Shown: positions 7,169-16,256, counted from the first letter of the stretch. The stretch is 64,000 nucleotides of DNA from Eubacteriales bacterium (GCA_045637625.1 JAZTZU010000040.1:38474-102473), one strand, 5' to 3'. Numbers and translations: made by a program. Notes: generated from the sequence alone by a model not told the origin.

Positions 7169-7444
7169 TTACATTTTTTCTTGATAGGGGATTGACCGCC
7201 CCGCGTGCATTGTCGTGAATCCGTAATCGTCAAGCGTTGCCTTCCCGCTCAACAGTTCTTTGAATGCACACGCCGCCGCATCGCCGCTTTCAAATCTCTT
7301 TTCTGCTCTGAATCGCTCACCGTGTCTGTTTGTCGGATACGCGGCAATCGTGTCGGCGTGTGCAAGAAATGTATAGTCACCGCTCCAATCCTCAATTTGA
7401 ATTTTCGTTTTGTTCGGCATCACGCCTTTTTCAAGCACCTTCAT
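7169..7444 (-). CDS. hypothetical protein (first gene of the island operon in this window)
   Basis: 91 aa. ATG 7444 with GGAAGG 8 nt upstream. Confidence 0.4.
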   Translation of the reverse strand: MKVLEKGVMPNKTKIQIEDWSGDYTFLAHADTIAAYPTNRHGERFRAEKRFESGDAAACAFKELLSGKATLDDYGFTTMHAGRSIPYQEKM

Positions 7445-7476
7445 CCGCGCAACCTTCCTTTTTGAATAAAAAAATA

Positions 7477-7526
7477 AAATGCGATCACAAAACCGCCGTT
7501 TTTGGGCTGTTTTTGTTTTCGCATTT
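7477..7526. other. imperfect inverted repeat at the island/chromosome junction
   Basis: AAATGCGA (7477-7484) is complementary to TCGCATTT (7519-7526). The adjacent inner arms TCACAAAA/TTTTGTTT match 6 of 8. Confidence 0.35.
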
Positions 7527-7568
7527 ATTATATAATTTTTTAATTTTCACAGAAAGACTTAGAACCTA

Positions 7569-7597
7569 TTGACAAATCAAATTTTATGTGATAAACT
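7569..7597 (+). promoter_or_regulatory. putative sigma-70 promoter of the GH35 gene
   Basis: TTGACA (7569-7574), 17 nt, TAAACT (7592-7597), with TG at the extended -10 position. Confidence 0.45.
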
Positions 7598-7642
7598 TAT
7601 ATTTGAATAAATAACAACTAAAATCAAAAGGAGATTTTAACT

Positions 7643-9400
7643 ATGGGAATTTTAACTTACGATAAAAAGAATTTTCTTATGGACGGAGAGCCGTATCAAA
7701 TCATTTCGGGGGCTATCCACTATTTCAGAGTTCACCCGAAATATTGGGAAGACAGATTGAAAAAGCTTAAGGCTTGCGGATTCAACACGGTTGAAACCTA
7801 TGTCTGCTGGAACCTTCACGAAAGAAAAGAAGGCGTTTTTGACTTTGAAGGAATTCTGGATATAGAAAAATTTGTATCTATCGCAGAGGCTCTCGATCTG
7901 AATGTAATTGTCAGACCGGGACCGTATATCTGCGCAGAATGGGATCTCGGAGGTCTCCCCTCATGGCTGCTCACATATTCAAACATTGCGATCAGATGCA
8001 ACGACCCCGTATATCTTGAAAAAGTTGAGCCTTATTACAATGAACTTTTCAAACGTCTCAGACCTCACCTTTCAACAAATGGCGGCAGAATAATAATGAT
8101 GCAGGTTGAAAATGAATACGGAAGTTATGGAGACGACAAGGAGTACTTACGCAAAGTCCGCGACATTTACGTTAAAAACGGTATCGACTGCCAGCTTTTC
8201 ACATCAGACGGAACACATCTTTGGATGCTCAGCGGCGGTACTTTGCCGGGACTTCTCTCAGTTGCAAACTTCGGAAGCAATCCAAAAGGCAATGCGGAAG
8301 CACTTAAAGCGTTCAGACCCGACGAACCCTTTATGTGCGGCGAATTCTGGTGCGGTTGGTTCGACCATTGGTATGCAGGACATACAAACCCCAGACCTGC
8401 GGAAGTTGCCAGCCTGGTTCAGGACTTCTTTGATATCGGAGGTTCCTTTAACTTCTATATGTTCCACGGCGGTACAAATTTCGGATTCCTGAACGGCGCA
8501 AACCACACGGGAGAAGAATATCAGCCAACCATTACAAGTTACGACTATTGCGCACCGTTGAGTGAAGCAGGTGACATGACCGAAACATATTTCGCAATAA
8601 AGGAAGTTATCGAGAAAAATACAGGCAAAAAAGCTCCTGAGCTCAATGTTTCAAATTCACCCAAAGCAGCTTACGGCAGACTTGAACTTACAGAAAAAGC
8701 AACTCTTATGGAGAACCTCGCCAACATCTCCACACCCGTTCATGCGGCTTATCCCCAGACAATGGAACAGCTTGGACAGGATTTCGGATACGTGGTTTAC
8801 GCTACGGAGATTCACGGTCCTATTGAAAAGCTCCCTCTCCTCTTCACAAAACTCCACGACCGCGCACACATCTTCATAAACGGTGAACTTGTAGGTCAGA
8901 GAGAACGCTCACGCCGCAATGACGAAGTATTTTTGGAGCTTAAAGACGGAGAGACCGCAAAAGTAGAAATCCTCGTTGAAAACATGGGCAGAGTTAATTA
9001 CGGATTGAAACTTTTTGACCAAAAGGGAATTGTCGGAGGTATTCACCTTGGACAGAGATTCCATTTCGGTTGGGATCATTATTCATTGCCGATGGAAGAT
9101 CTCAGCGGCTTGAAGTGGAACGAAGCGTCCCCCTGCAATGTTCCCACATTCTATAAAGGAACATTAACGGTTGACGGCGAACCAAAAGATACATTCCTGA
9201 AAACAGAAAACTTCACAAAAGGCTGTGTTTTTGTAAACGGATTCAACCTCGGAAGATTTTTCAATCCAGCAGGTCCCACAAAAACCCTGTATGTTCCCGC
9301 ACCGCTGCTTAAACAGGGCGAAAATGAGATAATTGTTTTTGAATCCGATGTATGTACAGAGCCCGTTGTGGAATTCCTTGCAGAACCCGATTTAGGTTAA
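7643..9400 (+). CDS. glycoside hydrolase family 35 beta-galactosidase
   Basis: AAAGGAG RBS. GAIHYFRVHPKYWEDRLKKLKACGFNTVETYVCWNLHE and VENEYGSYG are GH35 hallmark segments. Confidence 0.9.
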   Translation: MGILTYDKKNFLMDGEPYQIISGAIHYFRVHPKYWEDRLKKLKACGFNTVETYVCWNLHERKEGVFDFEGILDIEKFVSIAEALDLNVIVRPGPYICAEWDLGGLPSWLLTYSNIAIRCNDPVYLEKVEPYYNELFKRLRPHLSTNGGRIIMMQVENEYGSYGDDKEYLRKVRDIYVKNGIDCQLFTSDGTHLWMLSGGTLPGLLSVANFGSNPKGNAEALKAFRPDEPFMCGEFWCGWFDHWYAGHTNPRPAEVASLVQDFFDIGGSFNFYMFHGGTNFGFLNGANHTGEEYQPTITSYDYCAPLSEAGDMTETYFAIKEVIEKNTGKKAPELNVSNSPKAAYGRLELTEKATLMENLANISTPVHAAYPQTMEQLGQDFGYVVYATEIHGPIEKLPLLFTKLHDRAHIFINGELVGQRERSRRNDEVFLELKDGETAKVEILVENMGRVNYGLKLFDQKGIVGGIHLGQRFHFGWDHYSLPMEDLSGLKWNEASPCNVPTFYKGTLTVDGEPKDTFLKTENFTKGCVFVNGFNLGRFFNPAGPTKTLYVPAPLLKQGENEIIVFESDVCTEPVVEFLAEPDLG

Positions 9401-9431
9401 GAACAGTAATAGAAACTGAAGGTGAAGAATT

Positions 9432-11819
9432 ATGAAAAAATTTTTAGCAATACTGCTTGCGACGTCAATGCTTCTGACTATGCTTGCAGCGTGTAACAAT
9501 GAACAGCAGGTTGAAATACCTGACGAACCCGATGAACCAAGCCAAGGAGATGTGACTGAAATGCCCGAAGAACCCAAAGATCCCGCAATTGAAGAACCTG
9601 TTCCCGTACCCGAATACAAGGAATATGAAGTAAGTGCTGAAAACACTCTTACAAGCAAAAACGAAGAAATTTCTTTAAACGCAGCCGAAAATATTTTGTA
9701 TGTAACAAGTCTTTCGACTTCAGCAAACAAAGAGAATAAACTTGCGGAAAACTCAAAATTTTCTCTCCCGAAATATATAAAAATCGACAAGAAGAAAACT
9801 GAGCTGAATTGGGAATACGTATCTGCTTTGAAATATGAAAACAAAGAAGTAAACGGTGTTCTCACCAACGGACTCGTTTATAAATTCCATGAAGCAACTC
9901 AGAATCTCGATCTCAGAGTTTACTGCGTTGTCCGTCCCGAACTTTCAGGTCCGTTTGAATTCTACATGGAAGTTGACAACCTCAACGAAAGCGAAATCAG
10001 AATCTATCTTGAGGGTGGTTTTGCATCTCTCTCAACAAAAATCTTGGATCATGCAGCTACTGATGTTATCAGAATTGCAAGTGAAGGCTTCATTGCAGAA
10101 GGTCATGTTCAGAACGCAGATGCTTTGAACAATCCGAACTATAACAACGGTGTAATGTACGAGGGTACGGGTATTGAAGTTTTCAACCTCAGTAATGCGA
10201 AGCTGATTTCAAGTGAAAGACCTGATTTCCAGAGCAACGGCGGTGACTACACAGCACAATTCATAGACAGAGAAAACGACGGTATTTTCTACGCTCTTGC
10301 ATGGACAACAGGTCGTGTATGGTCAAAAGTTGAAAAAGACGGATACATCGAAACAAAAGCCTCTTTGGATAACGATGAAGGTAAATTTGAAACACTCATC
10401 CAGCCAGGTGACACATTCATAATCCCCTCTGTATATGTTCTTCCTTATGAGGGAGATATTGATGACGGATCAAACATCTTCAAAGCATGGTTCTTTGACT
10501 GCAAAGTTGTTCCCACACTCAGAGATGACCCTGCATTGCCTTATGTTCAGATAGACATTCAGATGTCACCCGAAGACGCAAAGGCTGCAGGAATTGACTC
10601 AATGAAACGTGAATACGGCTGGTGGTCAGGAATAGGCTTCAACGCAGAAAGACCTCTTCCCTATGAGGGTTCATGGACGCTTATGGCAGACGGCATCGAC
10701 ACTCCTAATTATACCCATGAAGATATGAAAAATTACGGAGCAAAACTTGACGAGCTCGGTCTGAACTACGCTATGTATATCCTGCTCCACGAAACAGTTG
10801 ACGAAAACGGAAATCCCACAGACCAATACGGAGAACTCAACGCTGTAACACATCCCGAATGGTTTTCAAACCAGAGACATCCATTCTGCAGGCTTGCAGA
10901 CCTCGGTAATGTTGAATGTGTTGAATATTTAAAAACTACACTTGAAAAATTCTTCAAAAACAACAATGTCGATCAGTGGAGAACAGACTTTGAGCCTATC
11001 GCAGTATATTCCGACCAGAAGAACAGACATGACGCTAACGGTTCAGACGTTTCATATTGGTGTACGGTAGGATTTGCCGAAATTGTAAATCATCTTTATG
11101 ATACAGTTGAGGGCTTCAAGTTTGAAAGCTGTAACTCCGGCGGCGGTGACAAGAACCTCTACATTGCGGAACTCACAACATTCTTCAACTGCGACGATAC
11201 CGCAAACTATCTCAGTCTGAGAACTTCTTTCTACGACAGCTCATACATCATTCACCCTGCACAGCTCGAAATCCCCTGCAACACAGAGACATTCAATCCC
11301 AACTGCAAGCAGTATTTCTTCCCCGTTGTACCTAAACCTGAAGTTGCGGCAGAAGACACCTATGACTTCACAGATGCAATGATGGATATGGGCTTCAGAA
11401 GTACTATAATCGGTATCCCAATGTGGGCTCCATGGACAGGAATTGTTCCTGCTGAGTATTACAACGAATACGCACATATGTACAAGGAACGTGTCAAACC
11501 CCTTGTTCGTGACGGTGAACTTTATCACATTCTGCCCAGACCTGACGGTGTGAACTGGGACGGTATCATGTATGCTGATCCCGACAGTGCAAACGAGATC
11601 AAAGGCGTTGTTTTCCTCTTCAAACCCTCTGCTGATGTTGAAAATGTGAAGAATATCGTGTTTGACGGCCTTGACGAAAGTACCGTATATCAGCTCACAT
11701 TTGAAGACAGACCCGAGCAGAATTGCACCGCTACAGGCGCTGACCTCATGACTAATGGCATCGACGTTGAGATAAAATATGTCGGTTCTGAGATGATCTG
11801 GATCACCGAAGCGAAATAA
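9432..11819 (+). CDS. lipoprotein, divergent GH36-like (clan GH-D) glycosidase, paralogue 1
   Basis: Signal peptide plus lipobox MLAAC. HPEW...LADLGNVECVEYL...VDQWRTDFEP...FESCNSGGGDKN...CDDTANYLSLRTSFYDSSYIIHP is collinear with GH36 alpha-galactosidase blocks (HPDW...LDxS...YIKWDMN...ESCSGGGGRFD...TSDNTDALERL). Confidence 0.65.
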   Translation: MKKFLAILLATSMLLTMLAACNNEQQVEIPDEPDEPSQGDVTEMPEEPKDPAIEEPVPVPEYKEYEVSAENTLTSKNEEISLNAAENILYVTSLSTSANKENKLAENSKFSLPKYIKIDKKKTELNWEYVSALKYENKEVNGVLTNGLVYKFHEATQNLDLRVYCVVRPELSGPFEFYMEVDNLNESEIRIYLEGGFASLSTKILDHAATDVIRIASEGFIAEGHVQNADALNNPNYNNGVMYEGTGIEVFNLSNAKLISSERPDFQSNGGDYTAQFIDRENDGIFYALAWTTGRVWSKVEKDGYIETKASLDNDEGKFETLIQPGDTFIIPSVYVLPYEGDIDDGSNIFKAWFFDCKVVPTLRDDPALPYVQIDIQMSPEDAKAAGIDSMKREYGWWSGIGFNAERPLPYEGSWTLMADGIDTPNYTHEDMKNYGAKLDELGLNYAMYILLHETVDENGNPTDQYGELNAVTHPEWFSNQRHPFCRLADLGNVECVEYLKTTLEKFFKNNNVDQWRTDFEPIAVYSDQKNRHDANGSDVSYWCTVGFAEIVNHLYDTVEGFKFESCNSGGGDKNLYIAELTTFFNCDDTANYLSLRTSFYDSSYIIHPAQLEIPCNTETFNPNCKQYFFPVVPKPEVAAEDTYDFTDAMMDMGFRSTIIGIPMWAPWTGIVPAEYYNEYAHMYKERVKPLVRDGELYHILPRPDGVNWDGIMYADPDSANEIKGVVFLFKPSADVENVKNIVFDGLDESTVYQLTFEDRPEQNCTATGADLMTNGIDVEIKYVGSEMIWITEAK
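11517..11819 (+). repeat. 303-bp near-identical segment shared with 13901-14203
   Basis: Hand alignment to 13901-14203 gives 21 mismatches in 303 nt with no indels, most of them synonymous. Similarity collapses immediately upstream. Confidence 0.9.
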
Positions 11820-11839
11820 ATTAAAAAGGAGCAACGATC

Positions 11840-14203
11840 ATGAAAAAAATAATTACTTTATTACTTGCGATGTCAATACTCTTGACCATACTTGCGGCGT
11901 GCAACAACACACCAACAGAGACGCCAAACGAGCCTGACACCCCTGAAGTGATTGACCCCGTCGAGCCAAATGTTCCTGATGAGCCGGAAATTGTCGAACC
12001 CGTTATACCCGAATATTCCGAAACGGAAGTTGGCGCGGAGAACACAATTACAAATGCTGGAACAACAATCACATTGAATGTTTCCGAAAACAAGCTTCTT
12101 ATTACGAATGTGGCAACGACTGCTTCAAATGAGAATATGCTTGCTGAAAATTCAGTTTATGCGTTACCCAAATACTACCAGACGGAATTTCCCTCAAAAG
12201 AGACATTCGATCTGAACTGGAGTTTCACTTCCGCTGTAAAATTTGTAAACAAAGAAGTTAAGGGTGTAATGACTTCCGGCTTGATTTACAATTTTGAAGA
12301 TACAGCTCAGAATGTAAAGCTCCGTGTTTATTGTGTTGTACGTGATGACCTCAGCGGACCTTTCGAGTTCTATACAGAACTTGAAAACTGCAACGACACA
12401 CCTTTCAGAATTGCGCCTAATGATATTGCATCATTCAGCATAAATTTGATTGATGAGACCACGACCGATTTCATCAAGATTAACAGAGAGGGTCGGGTTG
12501 CAGGCGGATTTGCACTCGGGAATGAAAGCATTAACTCAGTTAAGGGTTTTCACCGAACAAACATCAGCCAAATTAAAAAGTGGACAACAATCTATACAAC
12601 AACCGACGATGGAAACAAAGATGATTTTCCTGCAATATATGTTGACAGAAACGGTCAGGACGGTTTGTTTATTGCACTTGAATGGACTCACGGAAAGATA
12701 AAATTTGTAAACAACCACGACAACACAGCAGATGCAACCATAAGCATTGACGACAGCACAGAAAAACCAAATTTCTTTACTACAGAAGTTCCTGAAAATG
12801 AGATATTCCTTCTCCCATCAATATATCTTTTGCCTTATGATGGCTCAATAGATGACGGAAGCAATATTTATAAAAAATGGTTCTTTGAATGTAAAACAAT
12901 CTCAACCCTCAGAGATAACCCCAATGAGCCTTTAACTCAAATAGACAGCCAATTACATCCCGAAGAATGCATTGAAACAGGCATTGAATCCATAAAATGG
13001 GAATACGGATGGTGGACAACTCACGGTTTTACAAAACCACATTCACTTGAAGGCTCCTGGGTATTCAGAAGTCAAGACTATAAAAATTATATAAACTATA
13101 TTGGTTGCGAAACCCTTGAAGATTACGGTAAAAAGCTTGACGAATACAATATAAACTGGACGCTTTACCTGTTACTTCATGACACTGTAGATCTTGAAGG
13201 CAATATAACGGATCAACACGGGGAATTCAACTCCATAACACATCCCGAATGGTTTACGAGCGAATCACACAATAATAAATTGGCAGACCTCGGTAATACA
13301 GAATGTGTAAACTATGTAAAAAACACATTAGCTGATCTTTTCAATACTAACCATATTGATACTTGGAGAACAGACTTCCAACCTATAGCCTCTGAATCAG
13401 AAAACAAAAATAGGCATGATGCCAACGGCACAGACGTTTCGTATTGGGCAACGAGAGGATTCTTTGAAATTATAGACCATTTATACGACACAGTCGATGG
13501 ATTCAGATATGAAAGCTGTTCTTTAGGTGGTTGCCAAAAAGATATTTATACAGCAACAAGAGTTGTAATCTTTAACACGGAAGACTCAGCAAACTACCTG
13601 AATATGAGAGCCGCATTCTATGACAGCAGCTATATTTTACACCCTGCACAGCTCCAATTCCCATGTAACCCAGATTTCTGGGATCCGATACAGCCGAGTT
13701 TTACCCCGAACATTCCGGCCCCGACAGTTGCGGAAGGAGACAATTACGATTTCCGTACTGCAATGCTTGACATGGGATACAGATCGACAATTTTAGGTGT
13801 ACCACATTGGGGTTCATGGACAAATACACCTCATGTTGATTACTATAAGAAATATGCAACTCTTTACAAAGAAAAGGTTCGTCCTCTCGTACGTGAAGCG
13901 GAACTTTACCACATTCTCCCCAGACCTGACGGTGTGAACTGGGACGGTATCATGTATGCTGACCCCGACAGTGCAAACGAGATCAAGGGTGTTGTTTTCC
14001 TCTTCAAACCCTCTGCTGATGTTGAAAATGTGAAAAACATCGTGTTTGACGGCCTTGACGAAAGTACCGTATATCAGCTCACATTTGAAGACCGACCCGA
14101 ACAGAATTGCACCGCTACCGGCGCTGACCTCATGACAAAAGGTATCGATGTTGAGATAAAATATGTCGGTTCTGAGATCATTTGGATAACAAAAGCCGAA
14201 TAA
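11840..14203 (+). CDS. lipoprotein, divergent GH36-like glycosidase, paralogue 2
   Basis: AAGGAG RBS and lipobox ILAAC. Same block structure as paralogue 1 (IDTWRTDFQP, YESCSLGGCQKD). Roughly half the residues are shared with paralogue 1, except the almost identical last 100 aa. Confidence 0.65.
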   Translation: MKKIITLLLAMSILLTILAACNNTPTETPNEPDTPEVIDPVEPNVPDEPEIVEPVIPEYSETEVGAENTITNAGTTITLNVSENKLLITNVATTASNENMLAENSVYALPKYYQTEFPSKETFDLNWSFTSAVKFVNKEVKGVMTSGLIYNFEDTAQNVKLRVYCVVRDDLSGPFEFYTELENCNDTPFRIAPNDIASFSINLIDETTTDFIKINREGRVAGGFALGNESINSVKGFHRTNISQIKKWTTIYTTTDDGNKDDFPAIYVDRNGQDGLFIALEWTHGKIKFVNNHDNTADATISIDDSTEKPNFFTTEVPENEIFLLPSIYLLPYDGSIDDGSNIYKKWFFECKTISTLRDNPNEPLTQIDSQLHPEECIETGIESIKWEYGWWTTHGFTKPHSLEGSWVFRSQDYKNYINYIGCETLEDYGKKLDEYNINWTLYLLLHDTVDLEGNITDQHGEFNSITHPEWFTSESHNNKLADLGNTECVNYVKNTLADLFNTNHIDTWRTDFQPIASESENKNRHDANGTDVSYWATRGFFEIIDHLYDTVDGFRYESCSLGGCQKDIYTATRVVIFNTEDSANYLNMRAAFYDSSYILHPAQLQFPCNPDFWDPIQPSFTPNIPAPTVAEGDNYDFRTAMLDMGYRSTILGVPHWGSWTNTPHVDYYKKYATLYKEKVRPLVREAELYHILPRPDGVNWDGIMYADPDSANEIKGVVFLFKPSADVENVKNIVFDGLDESTVYQLTFEDRPEQNCTATGADLMTKGIDVEIKYVGSEIIWITKAE
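13901..14203 (+). repeat. second copy of the 303-bp segment
   Basis: See 11517-11819. Confidence 0.9.
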
Positions 14204-14239
14204 TTCGCAAAAAATTTCTTTATTTTCGCCGTTTACCTA

Positions 14240-14268
14240 TTGTTTTTTTCGACGGTATATGTTATAAT
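14240..14268 (+). promoter_or_regulatory. putative promoter of the transketolase operon
   Basis: TTGTTT (14240-14245), 17 nt, TATAAT (14263-14268), with TGT immediately upstream (extended -10). Confidence 0.45.
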
Positions 14269-14385
14269 AAGACATATGAGCATTTACCGCCGTTCCGACT
14301 ATGGTAGGCGGCGAAAAATTTTGCCGTACATATTTGCTCGGTTCGGCTTAAAAACGGATAATATTGAAAGGATTGATATGCTGAC

Positions 14386-15195
14386 ATGGAAACAAAAGAA
14401 TTTGCCAAAGAAATGCGTAAATTGATTCTGGAAGCTATTTACAACTCAAAGAGCGGTCATCCCGGTGGCTCTCTTTCATGCACAGATATTCTCGCTGTGC
14501 TCTACAACGAAGAAATGAGAAGAGATGCAAAAGATCCCAAGAACCTCGACAGAGACAGATTTGTTCTCTCAAAAGGTCATGCTTGCCCCGCCATGTATGC
14601 GGCTCTCGCACTCAAAGGTTACTTCCCTGTTGAAGACATCAAAACATTCAGAAAGATCGACAGTTACCTTGAAGGTCATCCCGATATGAAACATATCCCC
14701 GGCGTAGACATGAGCACAGGCTCTCTCGGTCAGGGCGTTTCTGCTGCTTGCGGTATGGCTATCGCAGGAAAAAAACAGAATAAGGATTACAGAGTTTATA
14801 CAGTTCTCGGCGACGGTGAGATCGAAGAAGGTCAGTGCTGGGAAGCATTCATGTTCGCTGCACATTATAAACTCAGCAACCTCTGCGTTTTCATCGACTC
14901 CAACGGTCTCCAGATCGACGGTGATGTAAACGAAGTTATGTCTTCTGCTCCTCTTGCAGATAAAATGAAGGCCTTCGGATTCAATACTCTTGAAATCGAC
15001 GGACACGACTTTGACGCTATAAGAGGCGCTCTCAAAGCAGCTAAAGAATGTACAGACAAGCCCACTGCCGTTATCGCAAAAACAGTTAAAGGCAAAGGCG
15101 TTTCCTTCATGGAAAACCAGGCTGGCTGGCACGGTATAGCACCCAACAAAGAACAGTACGAACAAGGTATCAAGGAGGTCGAAGCAAATGGCTGA
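14386..15195 (+). CDS. transketolase, N-terminal (TPP-binding) subunit
   Basis: SGHPGGSLSCTDILAVLY, GDGEIEEGQCWEA and a length of 269 aa are typical of split transketolases in Clostridia. Confidence 0.9.
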   Translation: METKEFAKEMRKLILEAIYNSKSGHPGGSLSCTDILAVLYNEEMRRDAKDPKNLDRDRFVLSKGHACPAMYAALALKGYFPVEDIKTFRKIDSYLEGHPDMKHIPGVDMSTGSLGQGVSAACGMAIAGKKQNKDYRVYTVLGDGEIEEGQCWEAFMFAAHYKLSNLCVFIDSNGLQIDGDVNEVMSSAPLADKMKAFGFNTLEIDGHDFDAIRGALKAAKECTDKPTAVIAKTVKGKGVSFMENQAGWHGIAPNKEQYEQGIKEVEANG

Positions 15196-16165
15196 GATGA
15201 AAGCTCAAAGAGATGCATACGGTGAAGTTCTTATTGAACTCGGAAACAAGTACGAAAATCTTTTCGTTCTCGATGCAGACCTTACAAAATCCACAAAAAC
15301 TGCAGATTTCAAAAAAGCTTTCCCCGAAAGACATATCAACTGCGGTATCGCTGAAGGCAACATGATGACAACAGCAGCAGGTATTGCTACTTGCGGAAAC
15401 ATCGTTTTTGCTTCCACTTTCGCAATGTTTGCTGCAGGTCGTGCTTACGAACAGATCAGAAACAGTATTGCATATCCACACAACAACGTAAAAGTCGTTG
15501 CAACTCACGCAGGTCTTACAGTAGGTGAAGACGGTGCTACTCACCAGTGTCTTGAAGACATAGCACTCATGAGAGCTGTTCCGGGAATGATCGTTCTCGC
15601 TCCTTCCGACGCTGTTCAGACAAAAGAAGCTTGCCGTTTTGCAGCAGAATACGACGGACCTGTTTACATCCGTGTGGGCAGACTTCCCATTCCTGTTGTT
15701 TACAAAGAAGAAGATTACAAATTCGAACTCGGCAAGAGCGAACAGTTGGCTGACGGTAAAGATGTTACTCTTATGTTCTGCGGTCCCTTCTACGCTTTGG
15801 CGTGCGAAGTTAAAGAACTTCTTGAAAAGAACGGTCTTACAGCAAGAATCGTTGATATGCCCTCAATCAAACCCCTTGACACAGATGCTGTAAAAGCGGC
15901 TATCGAAGATACTGGACTTATCGTTACCATTGAAGACCATAATGTTTACGGAGGTCTCGGAAGCGCAGTAAGCGATGCTCTTGCAGAACTTGACATTTGC
16001 AGAAAGAACGGAACAGAGATCATTAAGATCGGTGCTCAGGACAAGTTCGGAACATCCGGAACACCTGCGGAGATCCTCAAGGCTTACGGATTTGATGCAG
16101 TTGAAATTGCAAAAAAGATCATCAAAACAAAATGCCCCGAATTCGCCGGTGAATTCAACTTCTAA
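15188..16165 (+). CDS. transketolase, C-terminal (pyrimidine-binding) subunit
   Basis: GGAGG RBS and an 8-nt overlap with the N-terminal subunit. CGIAEGNMMTTAAG...THQCLEDIALMRAVP motifs. Confidence 0.9.
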   Translation: MAEMKAQRDAYGEVLIELGNKYENLFVLDADLTKSTKTADFKKAFPERHINCGIAEGNMMTTAAGIATCGNIVFASTFAMFAAGRAYEQIRNSIAYPHNNVKVVATHAGLTVGEDGATHQCLEDIALMRAVPGMIVLAPSDAVQTKEACRFAAEYDGPVYIRVGRLPIPVVYKEEDYKFELGKSEQLADGKDVTLMFCGPFYALACEVKELLEKNGLTARIVDMPSIKPLDTDAVKAAIEDTGLIVTIEDHNVYGGLGSAVSDALAELDICRKNGTEIIKIGAQDKFGTSGTPAEILKAYGFDAVEIAKKIIKTKCPEFAGEFNF

Positions 16166-16186
16166 GAAATTTATATTTTAAATAAT

Positions 16187-16256
16187 ATGGGAAAAACTTT
16201 CTTTTCACGAAAAAGAAAGTTTTTCCCATACCCTTTTCAAAAAACCGGTTCCCCGA
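16187..16256 (+). repeat. hairpin-plus-tail 3' element, copy 1
   Basis: ATGGGAAAAACTTTCTTTT-CACGA-AAAAGAAAGTTTTTCCCAT followed by ACCCTTTTCAAAAAACCGGTTCCCCGAC. Starts 22 nt after the transketolase stop. Confidence 0.85.

Larger units (their letters stand above)
1..7560 (-). mobile_element. Truncated prophage / integrative-element-like island; right boundary somewhere in 7445-7560
   Basis: About 20 tightly packed minus-strand genes with ATGA/TGATG overlaps. Content is typical of phage or ICE (MT-A70 methylase, radical SAM, MazG-like, DUF6017-like, AbrB-like, HTH, Zn-ribbon proteins). The region is visibly GC-richer, with CGC/CGG/GCG codons, whereas genes right of 7640 are AGA/AAA-rich. The window starts inside the element, so the left end, integrase and att sites are not visible. 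Confidence 0.6.

Noticed and set aside
14269-14385. Possible regulatory leader or attenuator upstream of transketolase: CGCCGTT...GGCGGCG hairpin followed by AAAAATTTT
   Set aside because: The stem is only 5-7 bp including wobble pairs. The run after it starts with A residues, not U. I recognise no riboswitch consensus. This is too weak to call.
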